From a bacterium (GTDB taxonomy: Bacteria > UBA8248): DNA of 64,000 nucleotides. Position 1 is the first letter of the stretch; every line of letters starts with the position of its first letter. The position numbers and the translations under genes are program-made. The stretch lies in assembly GCA_965207065.1 (NCBI GenBank), contig OZ242260.1, positions 3,968,001 through 4,032,000 of the forward strand. The letters run 5' to 3'. Positions 18,814 through 27,373 of this stretch are shown here, piece after piece. The notes beneath the pieces were generated by a model. It had not been told where the DNA came from and did no database searches. It was given only the letters and a program-made list of their open reading frames with translations.

Positions 18814-19434
18814 ATGAAGGACAGGAAAGCGAACAGGTTGGAGGGATACGATTATTCGGAAGACGGGTGTTATTTCGTGACGATTTGCGTGCAAGGCAGA
18901 GAAGAATTGTTCGGTGAAATCATCGGCGGTGAGATGGTTTTGAGCGAGGCGGGAGAAATCGTAACAGCGCGATGGCAATGGTTGTCCGAGCGATATGATT
19001 ATGTCGAATTGGATGAATACGTCATGATGCCGAATCATTTCCACGGCATATTGATCATCCAATCCCGCCGTAGGGACAGGTCGCGACCTGTCCGGGGTTC
19101 CCGCGCCTGTCCAACGCCCCCGCGCATGCACGCCACGCGGCGGGATGATGTTACCACATCGCCAGGACATATCTGTGGTAGGGACAGGTCGCGACCTGTC
19201 CCTACGGATACGTTGAAAATCAAATCATTGTCGGAATTGATAGGCGCGTTCAAAACCACGTCGTCGAAACGTATACGCGAAAACGGCTTCGCTTCCTTCA
19301 AATGGCAACGATCGTTCTACGATCACGTGATCCGGGATGATCTGGACCTGAACCGCATCCGGGAATACATCCGGGACAATCCGTTGAAATGGGCGCTCGA
19401 TGAATACAACCCGGCAAACCACGCGGCGGGATGA
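18814..19434 (+). CDS. REP-associated tyrosine transposase (RAYT, IS200/IS605 Y1 HUH family)
   Basis: RLEGYDYS...YFVTIC, HUH motif MPNHFHGIL, SLSELIGAFK, WQRSFYDHVIR, catalytic YIRDNP; embedded in REPs. Confidence 0.93.
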   Translation: MKDRKANRLEGYDYSEDGCYFVTICVQGREELFGEIIGGEMVLSEAGEIVTARWQWLSERYDYVELDEYVMMPNHFHGILIIQSRRRDRSRPVRGSRACPTPPRMHATRRDDVTTSPGHICGRDRSRPVPTDTLKIKSLSELIGAFKTTSSKRIRENGFASFKWQRSFYDHVIRDDLDLNRIREYIRDNPLKWALDEYNPANHAAG

Positions 19435-19732
19435 TATTCCCACATCGGTAGAACGTAACTGTAGGGACAGGTCGCGACCTGTCCCTACGCGGCCGGTGGC
19501 CGGAATGACGAAGGGCGACCACGGGGATAGGCGCCTTCGAGGCGGGCGGCTACAGGTCGAACTTCCCGAAGAGGGGAGTTCGACGCCCCTACGGGTCCAC
19601 CGCGCCTGCACAACCCGCGGCGGGATGATATCCCCACATCGGTAGAACGTAACTGTAGGGACAGGTCGCGACCTGTCCCTACGGAATCGGTGGCCGGAAT
19701 GACGAAAGACAACCACAGAAGCGTCCACACAC

Positions 19733-19761
19733 AAAAAAAGCGGCCCCTCATCCGGGGCCGC
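19733..19761 (-). terminator. Rho-independent terminator closing the lipoprotein operon
   Basis: Stem gcggcccc (19740-19747) / ggggccgc (19754-19761), followed on the minus strand by T7 (A7 at 19733-19739). Confidence 0.8.
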
Positions 19762-19780
19762 CTCTTTGAATCCATCCCTC

Positions 19781-19964
19781 GGCGGGGTTGCCAAGCGAGT
19801 CCAAACCAGCTATAGAAACTGCTGGGGGTTACTCATTATTCCCTGCCCACGCTGAGAGGACTCAAACTCTGTCGCATGGGCCGGTACAATTTGCTCCCGA
19901 CGATGTAGAGCAACCAATGAGTAACCCCCAAAAGAAGTCACCCCCTCTTTCCCGGCAACCTGCC
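19781..19964 (-). ncRNA. Putative structured RNA (about 185 nt) in the 3' UTR of the lipoprotein operon
   Basis: Perfect 15-bp inverted repeat 19823-19837 / 19916-19930, two inner hairpins and an outer stem; the imperfect pairs are G-U on the minus strand but A-C mismatches on the plus strand. Confidence 0.55.
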
Positions 19965-20022
19965 CTTTCTTCCGTCTAGTTTTCATCAGGCCCGGCCCGC
20001 AGGCCAAAGGCGTCCTGCGCTC

Positions 20023-21702
20023 TTACCTGTGCGCCCCGAACGACCCGATGAAGGCGGTGCTTCCCGCCGGATTGCTTTGCTGTTTTACGTAAAAGGTTCC
20101 CGCAACCGAACCGGGAGCCTGAGGCGAGTACGTTGTTGTTATCGTGGTTTGTATGTTGGTCGGGTCCGTTCTATCCGTGTTTGTTGTTTGGGACCTTGTG
20201 ACCCTATGCCCAAAAAACTGGCCCTTCCAATCGCCACCGTAGGATTTTCCGTCAACCACGCCGACGGCCGTGCCAGCCGCAAAAGCGGGGTTTATATCAT
20301 CAACGAGGTTCTGTTTCTGCAGTTCGATGCTGCCATCGATTGATTGTCCGCCGGCGGTGATGTTCGTTACTTCGCCCTGAATGCTGCCCGTGTTCGTAGC
20401 TGTACCGGTTGGATTCCGGAACTCGGCGTTGAGCGTAACGTCCGCCGTGAAATAGCTTGTATCTCCACCCGCGAGGTAAGCGCCGTTCGCATTCCCGCTG
20501 TAGGTGGCCTTTACGTCTTTACCGTCGTCCACAATTGCGTCGATGGTGTTCACAGTAGTGGTTGCACAATTTCTTGTAGTACTTCCGTTCGCACCAGATG
20601 CTTCAATACCACTGCAGAAAGTCTGAGCAGTTGTTGCGATGGGCTGGCTCCCGTATGCGAATGCCGAAATCGTGGAAGCTCCAAAATTGGCGCCCACAGT
20701 AAGCCAGATGCCGGCGAGCAGGTAGTCGGTGTCGCGAAAATCCATTTCTGTGTACCGGTCATCGCCATCACTTAGATCAGTGTCTTCCACGACGTTTGTT
20801 CTTGTTCTTACATTGAGTCTCGTTTGCGTAATGTCAGTGTAGGCGTTGACGAAGGTGGAGCCGTCAGCGTTTTTCAGATCGAAGCCATGGGGGAGGCGGC
20901 CCGTTCCGGTGAGGGAGGGCGTCGTGCTGTCCGATGTAAGACCCTGTACCACAACCGTTCGCTGTCCGGTCACCCTGTCAGCGCCGGTCCCTGTATTCCC
21001 GGGGAATGTGGCGCAAGGCGCAGTACAAGTCTCGGTCTTATCATTGTTTATAGTCGTGACCATGGCCGAGCCAACGACAATGCTATCGGCTGTCACCGCG
21101 CCCAAAACAGCGTCTGCGAGGAGTTTGTTTTCTCTCACGTGCTTGATGAGCGAGGAGTTGTTCGTCAAGGCGATCACGTCCGCTTCCCGTTGTCTGCGAG
21201 CTTCCGCAACCGCGTTTACGGCGCTTTGGACCGCCGCCACAGCCGATTGTGCGCTTCTCAGGCGGGAAAGCGCCGCGTTCGCATCCGCGACCGCCATTTC
21301 CGCCGCCGCAGGCGTGGTGGCCGCATTCCCGGCGCTGCTCGCGCCTTCGACGCCCGCCAGGGCTGCCTGCGCGTCGCCGGCATGAGCGAGAGCGCTTGCT
21401 ATCTGATCCGCCGTAGCGTCTTCGTGAGTCTGCACCGCCGCCGCCGTCGAACTCGCCGTTTGCGCCAGATTACGGGCGTTAGAGACGATGCCTGCGAGCG
21501 TATTTCTCGCCTCGGCTATCCTTTCCTCATCCGTCGGCCCCGGCTCCATGCAGTCCGGGTACGTCCCGACTTGCTCCTGCGGGCATTCCATCACCGGCGT
21601 CGTCGCTGAGCCGCCGCCCCCGCCACCGCCGCAACCGGAGGCAAATGCCGCAATGCACACGACAAGTACCGCCAATCCAAAATATCTGAGCATTTTCATC
21701 AC
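20023..21702 (-). CDS. Surface lipoprotein with a C-terminal TbpB/HphA-like beta-barrel (Slam/T11SS cargo-like), copy 2
   Basis: Lipobox FASGC plus Gly run, Ala-rich helical stalk, ATYSGNANGAY, WKGQFFG, PGSVAGTF, terminal GSFGAHR. Confidence 0.75.
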   Translation of the reverse strand: MMKMLRYFGLAVLVVCIAAFASGCGGGGGGGSATTPVMECPQEQVGTYPDCMEPGPTDEERIAEARNTLAGIVSNARNLAQTASSTAAAVQTHEDATADQIASALAHAGDAQAALAGVEGASSAGNAATTPAAAEMAVADANAALSRLRSAQSAVAAVQSAVNAVAEARRQREADVIALTNNSSLIKHVRENKLLADAVLGAVTADSIVVGSAMVTTINNDKTETCTAPCATFPGNTGTGADRVTGQRTVVVQGLTSDSTTPSLTGTGRLPHGFDLKNADGSTFVNAYTDITQTRLNVRTRTNVVEDTDLSDGDDRYTEMDFRDTDYLLAGIWLTVGANFGASTISAFAYGSQPIATTAQTFCSGIEASGANGSTTRNCATTTVNTIDAIVDDGKDVKATYSGNANGAYLAGGDTSYFTADVTLNAEFRNPTGTATNTGSIQGEVTNITAGGQSIDGSIELQKQNLVDDINPAFAAGTAVGVVDGKSYGGDWKGQFFGHRVTRSQTTNTDRTDPTNIQTTITTTYSPQAPGSVAGTFYVKQQSNPAGSTAFIGSFGAHR

Positions 21703-21837
21703 TTGCCCCCTGAGGGTTACGTCCCCTTCCGGGAAAGAAGGGGGCGGGCGGTTGAAACCAGGTCCAATGAATCGTTTGCTTTGAGAACCCCCGGCCCCGG
21801 GCTCAGAGAGCCCGAGGCCGAAGGGAGTCGTGCGTTG

Positions 21838-23574
21838 TTACTGCCTGTGTGCGCCGAACGCGCCGATCAGGCCCATCTTGTTGTCCCGGCTGGCCGCGCC
21901 GAATGTTCCGGCAACACCCGTCGGGTGCGTGGTGGCCGTGCCGTTCGGACCGTATAGCTGACCGCCCCAGTTGCCCCTGAGACCGGCTCCACCGAGAACG
22001 CCGTCTGTAGCGCCTGTGAACCTTCCAGCTGCGCCATCTGTCTCAGTCAATTCGGCTTTCACCAGATTCAGGGAGCCGTCAACAGCTTGTCCGGCGGCCT
22101 TGACGTTCGTAATGCTTCCCGAGACCGTCGCCAGAAGAGCGGTGTTCGTTGCGCCGCCGAAGTTGACCTCGAGCGAGGCGTCCGCGTCGAAGTACTGGAC
22201 CATGCCGCCCGCTGTATAGAGGCCGGTGGCACTTCCTGCATACGAGGCTTTACCCGTGATAGATGCAGTAACCTCATACGGCTCATTGCCGTACACGAAG
22301 GCGCCTGCCTCGGCGGGATCGATTGGGATGGCATCGCCATTATCAGCTATCAGGGAGTCCCTGCTGGAAGCGGTTACCCACATACCCCAGGCCATGTAGT
22401 CTTCGTCGTGACCGGGATCTTTTCCTGTGGCGGTTCGGTATGTGTATCCAGTATTCTCTACAATTTTCCCGTCTTCACCCACGCTTATGGCACATGGGGT
22501 AGTGGCGGGATCTGCACAGTAAATTTGAGCCGTAACCGCGACATTGTTGTCAGTGGGATCCAAGTTGAGCAACACTTCAAAATTGCTGCCATCGCTCGGT
22601 ATATCACCCGTCAATACAGCAGTTCCTTCTAGATCTGCTGTTATTTCAGTTCCTGCTCCCGTATATATGTTCTTTTCAACCGACGCTTCGATGTCCGTGG
22701 TGACGACGAGATGAGATTTCGTATTGTCGCTTGTTGTGCGTACCAGATCTGCGGCTTCGTTTCCTTTGATATGGAAACGTGAAGGCTCTTCACCCGTCCG
22801 CATTCGATTTACCGCATCAGTACCGCCATGGTCAATCGTGAATGTTGATCCACCATCCTTATGCACCACGAATGAGACTCCATCTACTGCGCTTACATCA
22901 GTCGTAGACGTATAATTGGGAGGGGTACTGGTTGCGCGCTGGTTTAGCATACCTAAAGTAGTACCAGCAGTACCATGGGTAGGAGTACCAAATCCTCCGG
23001 CAACCGCTACCGCCAACCCTGCGGTAGCCGAATTTGTCATTGCCTTTGGCGGAGTCGAACCTTCCAGCTCGGCATTTTCGATGTCGTCGCCGTTGAGCAG
23101 CTTGTTCGACAGGTTGACAAGTACCAGGCTGCTCATGCCGGACGCCATCTCCGCGCTGGCTTGGGCCGTCTCGGCCGCCGTCTTATATTCCCCGGCCATC
23201 GCCGCAGTTTCGGCCATCGCCGCCGCGTCGGACGCCTCCTTGGCCGCGTCCGCATACATCTGCGCGTTGCCGGCCGCCACGGGGTCCACCGCGCCGCCCA
23301 CGGCAGCCATCGCCGCCATGTAGGCCGCCATGGCGGCTTCCTGCGCGCCGCTCAGGGCCATTTCTTCGTCAAGGTCCGCGGCGGAGGTGCAGGAACCGTC
23401 CGCGTTATACCGGCCGCCGTCACCTTCGCACATTTCCTGCGGGGTCGGGTCCGGCATGGCGGGCGGGTCCGGCGTCGCAGCCGTTCCCCCGCCGCCGCCG
23501 CAGCCGGCCAGCGTCAGCGCGAAGGCCGCCGCCAGCATGAATGAAAAGATTCTGTTTCCGTCAAATTTCATCAC
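21838..23574 (-). CDS. Surface lipoprotein with a C-terminal TbpB/HphA-like beta-barrel (Slam/T11SS cargo-like), copy 1
   Basis: Lipobox LAGC plus Gly run, Ala-rich stalk, YMAWGMW, ASYAGSATGLY, WGGQLYG, PTGVAGTF, terminal GAFGAHRQ; AGGAGG RBS. Confidence 0.78.
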   Translation of the reverse strand: MMKFDGNRIFSFMLAAAFALTLAGCGGGGGTAATPDPPAMPDPTPQEMCEGDGGRYNADGSCTSAADLDEEMALSGAQEAAMAAYMAAMAAVGGAVDPVAAGNAQMYADAAKEASDAAAMAETAAMAGEYKTAAETAQASAEMASGMSSLVLVNLSNKLLNGDDIENAELEGSTPPKAMTNSATAGLAVAVAGGFGTPTHGTAGTTLGMLNQRATSTPPNYTSTTDVSAVDGVSFVVHKDGGSTFTIDHGGTDAVNRMRTGEEPSRFHIKGNEAADLVRTTSDNTKSHLVVTTDIEASVEKNIYTGAGTEITADLEGTAVLTGDIPSDGSNFEVLLNLDPTDNNVAVTAQIYCADPATTPCAISVGEDGKIVENTGYTYRTATGKDPGHDEDYMAWGMWVTASSRDSLIADNGDAIPIDPAEAGAFVYGNEPYEVTASITGKASYAGSATGLYTAGGMVQYFDADASLEVNFGGATNTALLATVSGSITNVKAAGQAVDGSLNLVKAELTETDGAAGRFTGATDGVLGGAGLRGNWGGQLYGPNGTATTHPTGVAGTFGAASRDNKMGLIGAFGAHRQ

Positions 23575-24205
23575 TTTTGAGTCCTCCTAGTCTCGTGACA
23601 TTAAAGAGCTTTGCAACACAAAAAATCTGAAGTGTTTGGATTCGACCTCCTTTCCTTGACTTTCCGACTTTCCTTGAATCCTTCGTTATCGGGCTTCTTT
23701 CGTTTCGTCGTGTTTCAATTCATCGGAGCGGGGCCGGTTCGCGCGGCCGCCGGCCCGGACATCTGAGTCCGGGCCGATGGCCGGCTTATCCACGAGACTG
23801 GTGTGGGATGCGTTGCGAGTTTCATGATGGATTGAGTCCTCCCGCCTCGTGATATGAACCTTCTCCGGCCCGCGCCGGAATTCTCAAGTCTCCTTCTTCA
23901 GGCGCCTTCCGGCTTGCGTGCTTCCCTGGCCGGAGCGCCGCCCCGGCGAACGAAGCGCCGGGCGTCTTTCTGACAGGTTCACGAGACGGGAGAGGGTTTT
24001 GTGGCGTGCTGCATCATGGGTTGAGTCCTCTTAGCCTCGTGAGTTGCTGCTTCCCCGGCTCCCGCCGGGCTTTCCGTCTTTCTTCAGGACCGGAGCCGCC
24101 GCTTGCGCGAACGCGAAGCTCAGGGCCTGTGCCTGAATCGATTCACGAGACTGGAGAGGGTTTTGTGGCGTGCTGCATCCTGGGTTGAGTCCTCTAGCCT
24201 CGTGA
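23575..24205 (-). promoter_or_regulatory. Lipoprotein leader with three hairpin/RBS/uORF repeats (24143-24205, 23979-24042, 23791-23852) and a fourth half-copy that forms the gene's own RBS (23575-23598)
   Basis: Minus-strand consensus TCACGAG-N4-5-GAGGACTCAA in all four; the first three close with GTCTCGTG(A). Confidence 0.75.
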
Positions 24206-24367
24206 TTTCGTACTGCATCCGACCGGAATCTTTCTGGGTCATCGTCTTCCGGTCTGTCAAGCCATGCGCAAGTGCGGGCTTAGGGTTCCCGGCTCATCCA
24301 GCTTTCGCGGCGTGATCCGCGTCGTGTCGAGCGGGCGGCCCTGATAGCGACTACTCTCGCGTATTGC

Positions 24368-24409
24368 TTGACATATATGATAGTGTGGCAAGTATTCCGC
24401 TCTTGTCAA
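24368..24409. promoter_or_regulatory. Inverted pair of TTGACA boxes; probable promoter region for the lipoprotein leader (minus strand), possibly with a second promoter on the plus strand
   Basis: TTGACA at 24368-24373 (+) and at 24404-24409 (-) in an AT-richer patch; the -10 boxes are weak. Confidence 0.4.
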
Positions 24410-24509
24410 CCCTTTAATTGAACTTGCGCGCAACTTTCAATCCGTCCGCTTCCGCAGGGTGACGGATCGAGTATGAACCAACGGGGTTTGATGATCAAAC
24501 GGGAGGGGG

Positions 24510-24851
24510 CGTAGCCGGACAGCCCCCAGGAGGGGTTGTCCGGGGCCTCCGTGGTTGTCCTGAATGACAGAGGGGTTGTCCCTGCAATAAATGCGGTTTC
24601 GTTCATCATCGATCCCGTAGGGACAGGCCTCCGTGCCTGTCCTCATGGCAACCATCCTGAAAAAGGACAGGCACGGAGGCCTGTCCCTACGGTCGAAACC
24701 CAACCGACGAGGGAGGAACCGTGTTACTACAATCCCATCGCGGCGTGCGTGGGTGTGATGGTTTTGTAGGGGTCGCATATATGCGACCCGCATTGTGACG
24801 GCGAAAAAGCACGGGACGCATAATATGTCGGACATATATGTCCGACCTACA
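24510..24851. repeat. REP cluster containing several GTAG families, including the REP doublet 24617-24690
   Basis: gtagggacaggcctccgtgcctgtcc ... ggacaggcacggaggcctgtccctac; gtaggggtcgcatatatgcgaccc; gtcggacatatatgtccgacctac. Confidence 0.85.
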
Positions 24852-25013
24852 CATGGGCGGCGGTCCAACCATCTCCCCCCAAAACCCCCCCTACCCCCCC
24901 GCCCCGCGCATGTTGTAAGATGTCCCTCCCGGCCGAGGGACGGCGCGGGCCTTTTCCGCATGGTTGTATGCCGCCGCTCCCGAGGCCGGGCTTTCTGAAC
25001 GGGAGATACCCCG

Positions 25014-25982
25014 ATGCCCGCCCCGCCCGGCCTTCCCGACCGCCTGCTCGTCGCCGTGGGCGGCAACGCGACCCACCCGCCCGAGATACGCGGCACCGCA
25101 GCCGAACAGGCCGCCATCGCCGCCGCCACGGGCCGCGCGCTGCTCCCGCTGCTCCAGCTCGAGAACGAACTCATCGTCACACACGGGAACGGCCCCGTGG
25201 TCGGCAAGATACTCATGCGCCAGGCGGTGTCGAGCGAGCAGGTGACGCCCATGACGCTCGACATCTGCGTCGCCCACAGCCAGGGCGGCATCGCCTACCT
25301 CCTGATGCAGGCGTTCGAGAACGCGCTCAGGCGCGCGGGGAACCCCCGCCACGTGGTCTGCCTCCTGACGCAGGTCGAGGTCGACCCGGCGGACCCGGCC
25401 TTCGACGCGCCCACCAAGTTCGTGGGCTACACCTACACCGAAGAGGAGGCCAGAAGATACGAGCGCGAGATGGGCTGGACGTTCCGGGAGGATTCAGGAC
25501 GCGGCTGGCGGCACGTGGTCGCATCGCCCATGCCGAAGCACATCGTGGACATCTCGCTCATCGAGACGATCGCCAGGAGCGGCGCGGTGGTGATCGCGGG
25601 CGGAGGAGGCGGCATCCCCGTCGTGCGGGAAGCCGACGGCGCGCGCCGCGGGCGCGCCGCGGTCATCGACAAGGATTTGACGTCGGCCTTGATGGCGAAC
25701 GTGCTCGGCGTCGAGACGATGATGATATTAACGGCCGTGCCGCACGTTTCGATCCACTTCGGGACGCCTGAGCAGCAGGATTTGGAGAGAGTCTCCCTTG
25801 CAGACCTCAGGAAATACCACGCCCAGGGCCACTTCCCGCCCGGCAGCATGGGCCCCAAGATCGAGGCGGCCGTCCGCTTTCTGGAGGGCGGCGGGCGGCG
25901 CGTCCACATCGCCGCGCTCGAGGACGCCGTCCCCGCCCTGAGAGGCGATGCGGGGACTTGTATTTATAAAGAGGAGGGGTGA
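25014..25982 (+). CDS. arcC: Carbamate kinase
   Basis: VAVGGNA, THGNGP, PTKFVG, GGGGIPV, AVIDKD, GSMGPKIEAA. Confidence 0.92.
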   Translation: MPAPPGLPDRLLVAVGGNATHPPEIRGTAAEQAAIAAATGRALLPLLQLENELIVTHGNGPVVGKILMRQAVSSEQVTPMTLDICVAHSQGGIAYLLMQAFENALRRAGNPRHVVCLLTQVEVDPADPAFDAPTKFVGYTYTEEEARRYEREMGWTFREDSGRGWRHVVASPMPKHIVDISLIETIARSGAVVIAGGGGGIPVVREADGARRGRAAVIDKDLTSALMANVLGVETMMILTAVPHVSIHFGTPEQQDLERVSLADLRKYHAQGHFPPGSMGPKIEAAVRFLEGGGRRVHIAALEDAVPALRGDAGTCIYKEEG

Positions 25983-26009
25983 CCGTAGCCGGACAGGCCC
26001 CGATGACGA

Positions 26010-26161
26010 GAGAGGAAAAATCACTCCCCCCTTGAGGGGGAGTCGAAGAGCTGAGGGCGTAAGCCCGAAAGCGATTCGGTGGGGGGTAAAACTCGGAGTG
26101 GCGATCAAACGCGATTCACCCCCCACCACATCGACCTTCGCACAAACCGCCAGGCTTCATC
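26010..26161. repeat. Second copy of the approximately 150-bp dispersed repeat seen at 17281-17429
   Basis: tcactccccccttgagggggagtcgaagagctgagggcgtaagcccgaaagcgattcggtgggggg... is shared. Confidence 0.8.
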
Positions 26162-26269
26162 CCCGCCACTTTGGACAGCCTCGCGCGGTGGTGCTACGTT
26201 TTCCACCTCACGACGATTCCCGTATCCACCCGCGCCCGAGGGCGCGCACAAGGCGAAGGAGGGTTCAAG

Positions 26270-27373
26270 ATGCAGGCCGACCTGTTCCGCGTGGCGATGG
26301 ACTCGCCCGACGACATCTCAGGCGTCGCCGCTCTCATCGAGGAGGGCCGCTGCCGGGCGGAAGACGTCGTCGGCATCATGGGCAAGACCGAGGGCAACGG
26401 CTGCGTGAACGATTTCTCGCGCGGGTTCAGCAACTTCGTCCTGCTCGATTATTTCTCACGCTCCATGGGCAAGCCGCGAGAAGAGGTGGAGGCGCAGATC
26501 GCCCTCATCATGTCCGGCGGCGCCGAGGGGGTCATGTGTCCGCATTTTTCGGTGTTCACGAGGTCGGAGCGCGGCTCGGCCGGCGGGAGCGCCAAGCGCC
26601 TGGCCATCGCCTCGGGCCACACGGCGGATTTTCCGCCCGAGGAGATGGGCCGGATGGCGCAGGTCCGCGCGACGGCGGACCTCGTCCGCAAGCTCATGGC
26701 GGAAGCGCATATCGAGAGCGCCGAAGATCTGCACTTCGTGCAGGTGAAGTGCCCCCTCCTGACGGGCGACCGCATGGCGGACGCCGCGGCGCGCGGGAAG
26801 AGCGTCTGCACCGAGGACACGTATAAGTCGATGGGCTACTCGCGCGGCGCATCGGCGCTGGGCGTGGCCCTGGCGGCCGGCGAGGTGGATGAGAGCGACC
26901 TGGGCGATGAGGTGATCTGCAAGGACTGGTCGCTGCAATCGGGCGTCGCTTCAACTTCGGCGGGGATAGAGCTCATGTGCAACGAGGCGATGGTCATCGG
27001 CAACAGCGCGGCCTGGGGCGGGGAGCTCGTCGTCGGCCACAGCGTCATGCGCGACGCCATCGATCGCGACGCGGTGAAGGAGGCCATCGTGAACGCGGGC
27101 GTCGGCTTCGAGTGGTCGCTCACGCCGGAGCAGCAAGGGCGCATCGTGAACGTCTTCGCCAAGTGCGAGGCCTCCCCCGACGGCCTGGTGCGCGGCCGCC
27201 GCCACACCATGCTAGACGACTCGGACATCAACAACACGCGCCACGCCCGCTCGGTGGTGAACGCCGTGGTCTCCTCCGTCGTGGGCGACACGATGATGTA
27301 CGTCTCCGGCGGCGCGGAGCACCAGGGTCCTCCCGGCGGCGGTCCCGTCGCGGCGGTCGTGCGTGTGGCGTAG
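26270..27373 (+). CDS. atzD: Cyclic amide hydrolase of the AtzD/barbiturase (Toblerone-fold) family, with cyanuric acid hydrolase-type residues
   Basis: GKTEGNGCVNDFSR, MSGG, FVQVKCPLL, SRGASALG, STSAG, FAKCE, RHAR, YVSGGAEHQGP; AAGGAGG RBS before ATG 26270. Confidence 0.88.
   Translation: MQADLFRVAMDSPDDISGVAALIEEGRCRAEDVVGIMGKTEGNGCVNDFSRGFSNFVLLDYFSRSMGKPREEVEAQIALIMSGGAEGVMCPHFSVFTRSERGSAGGSAKRLAIASGHTADFPPEEMGRMAQVRATADLVRKLMAEAHIESAEDLHFVQVKCPLLTGDRMADAAARGKSVCTEDTYKSMGYSRGASALGVALAAGEVDESDLGDEVICKDWSLQSGVASTSAGIELMCNEAMVIGNSAAWGGELVVGHSVMRDAIDRDAVKEAIVNAGVGFEWSLTPEQQGRIVNVFAKCEASPDGLVRGRRHTMLDDSDINNTRHARSVVNAVVSSVVGDTMMYVSGGAEHQGPPGGGPVAAVVRVA

Larger units (their letters stand above)
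17935..19705. repeat. REP/BIME-like array around the RAYT: six copies of an approximately 70-bp unit (CACGCGGCGGGATGAT core), each followed by a GTAGGGACAGG REP
   Basis: Core at 17992, 18080, 18587, 19134, 19420 and 19614 (one mismatch); perfect palindrome GTAGGGACAGGTCGCGACCTGTCCCTAC at 18124, 19178, 19461 and 19655. Confidence 0.88.

Noticed and set aside
17190-19705. CRISPR array
   Set aside because: The repeats are palindromic REP/BIME units with irregular spacing and repeated, not unique, intervening sequence, and there are no cas genes.
19781-19964. Retron msr-msd, tRNA or SRP RNA
   Set aside because: There is no reverse transcriptase nearby and no long msd hairpin, no T-loop or cloverleaf, and no SRP GGAA/AGCAG core. 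6S RNA could not be excluded by eye.
23575-24205. CRISPR or integron attC cassette array
   Set aside because: Spacing is 163-254 bp and uneven, there are no RYYYAAC/GTTRRRY cores, and no integrase or cas gene is in the window.
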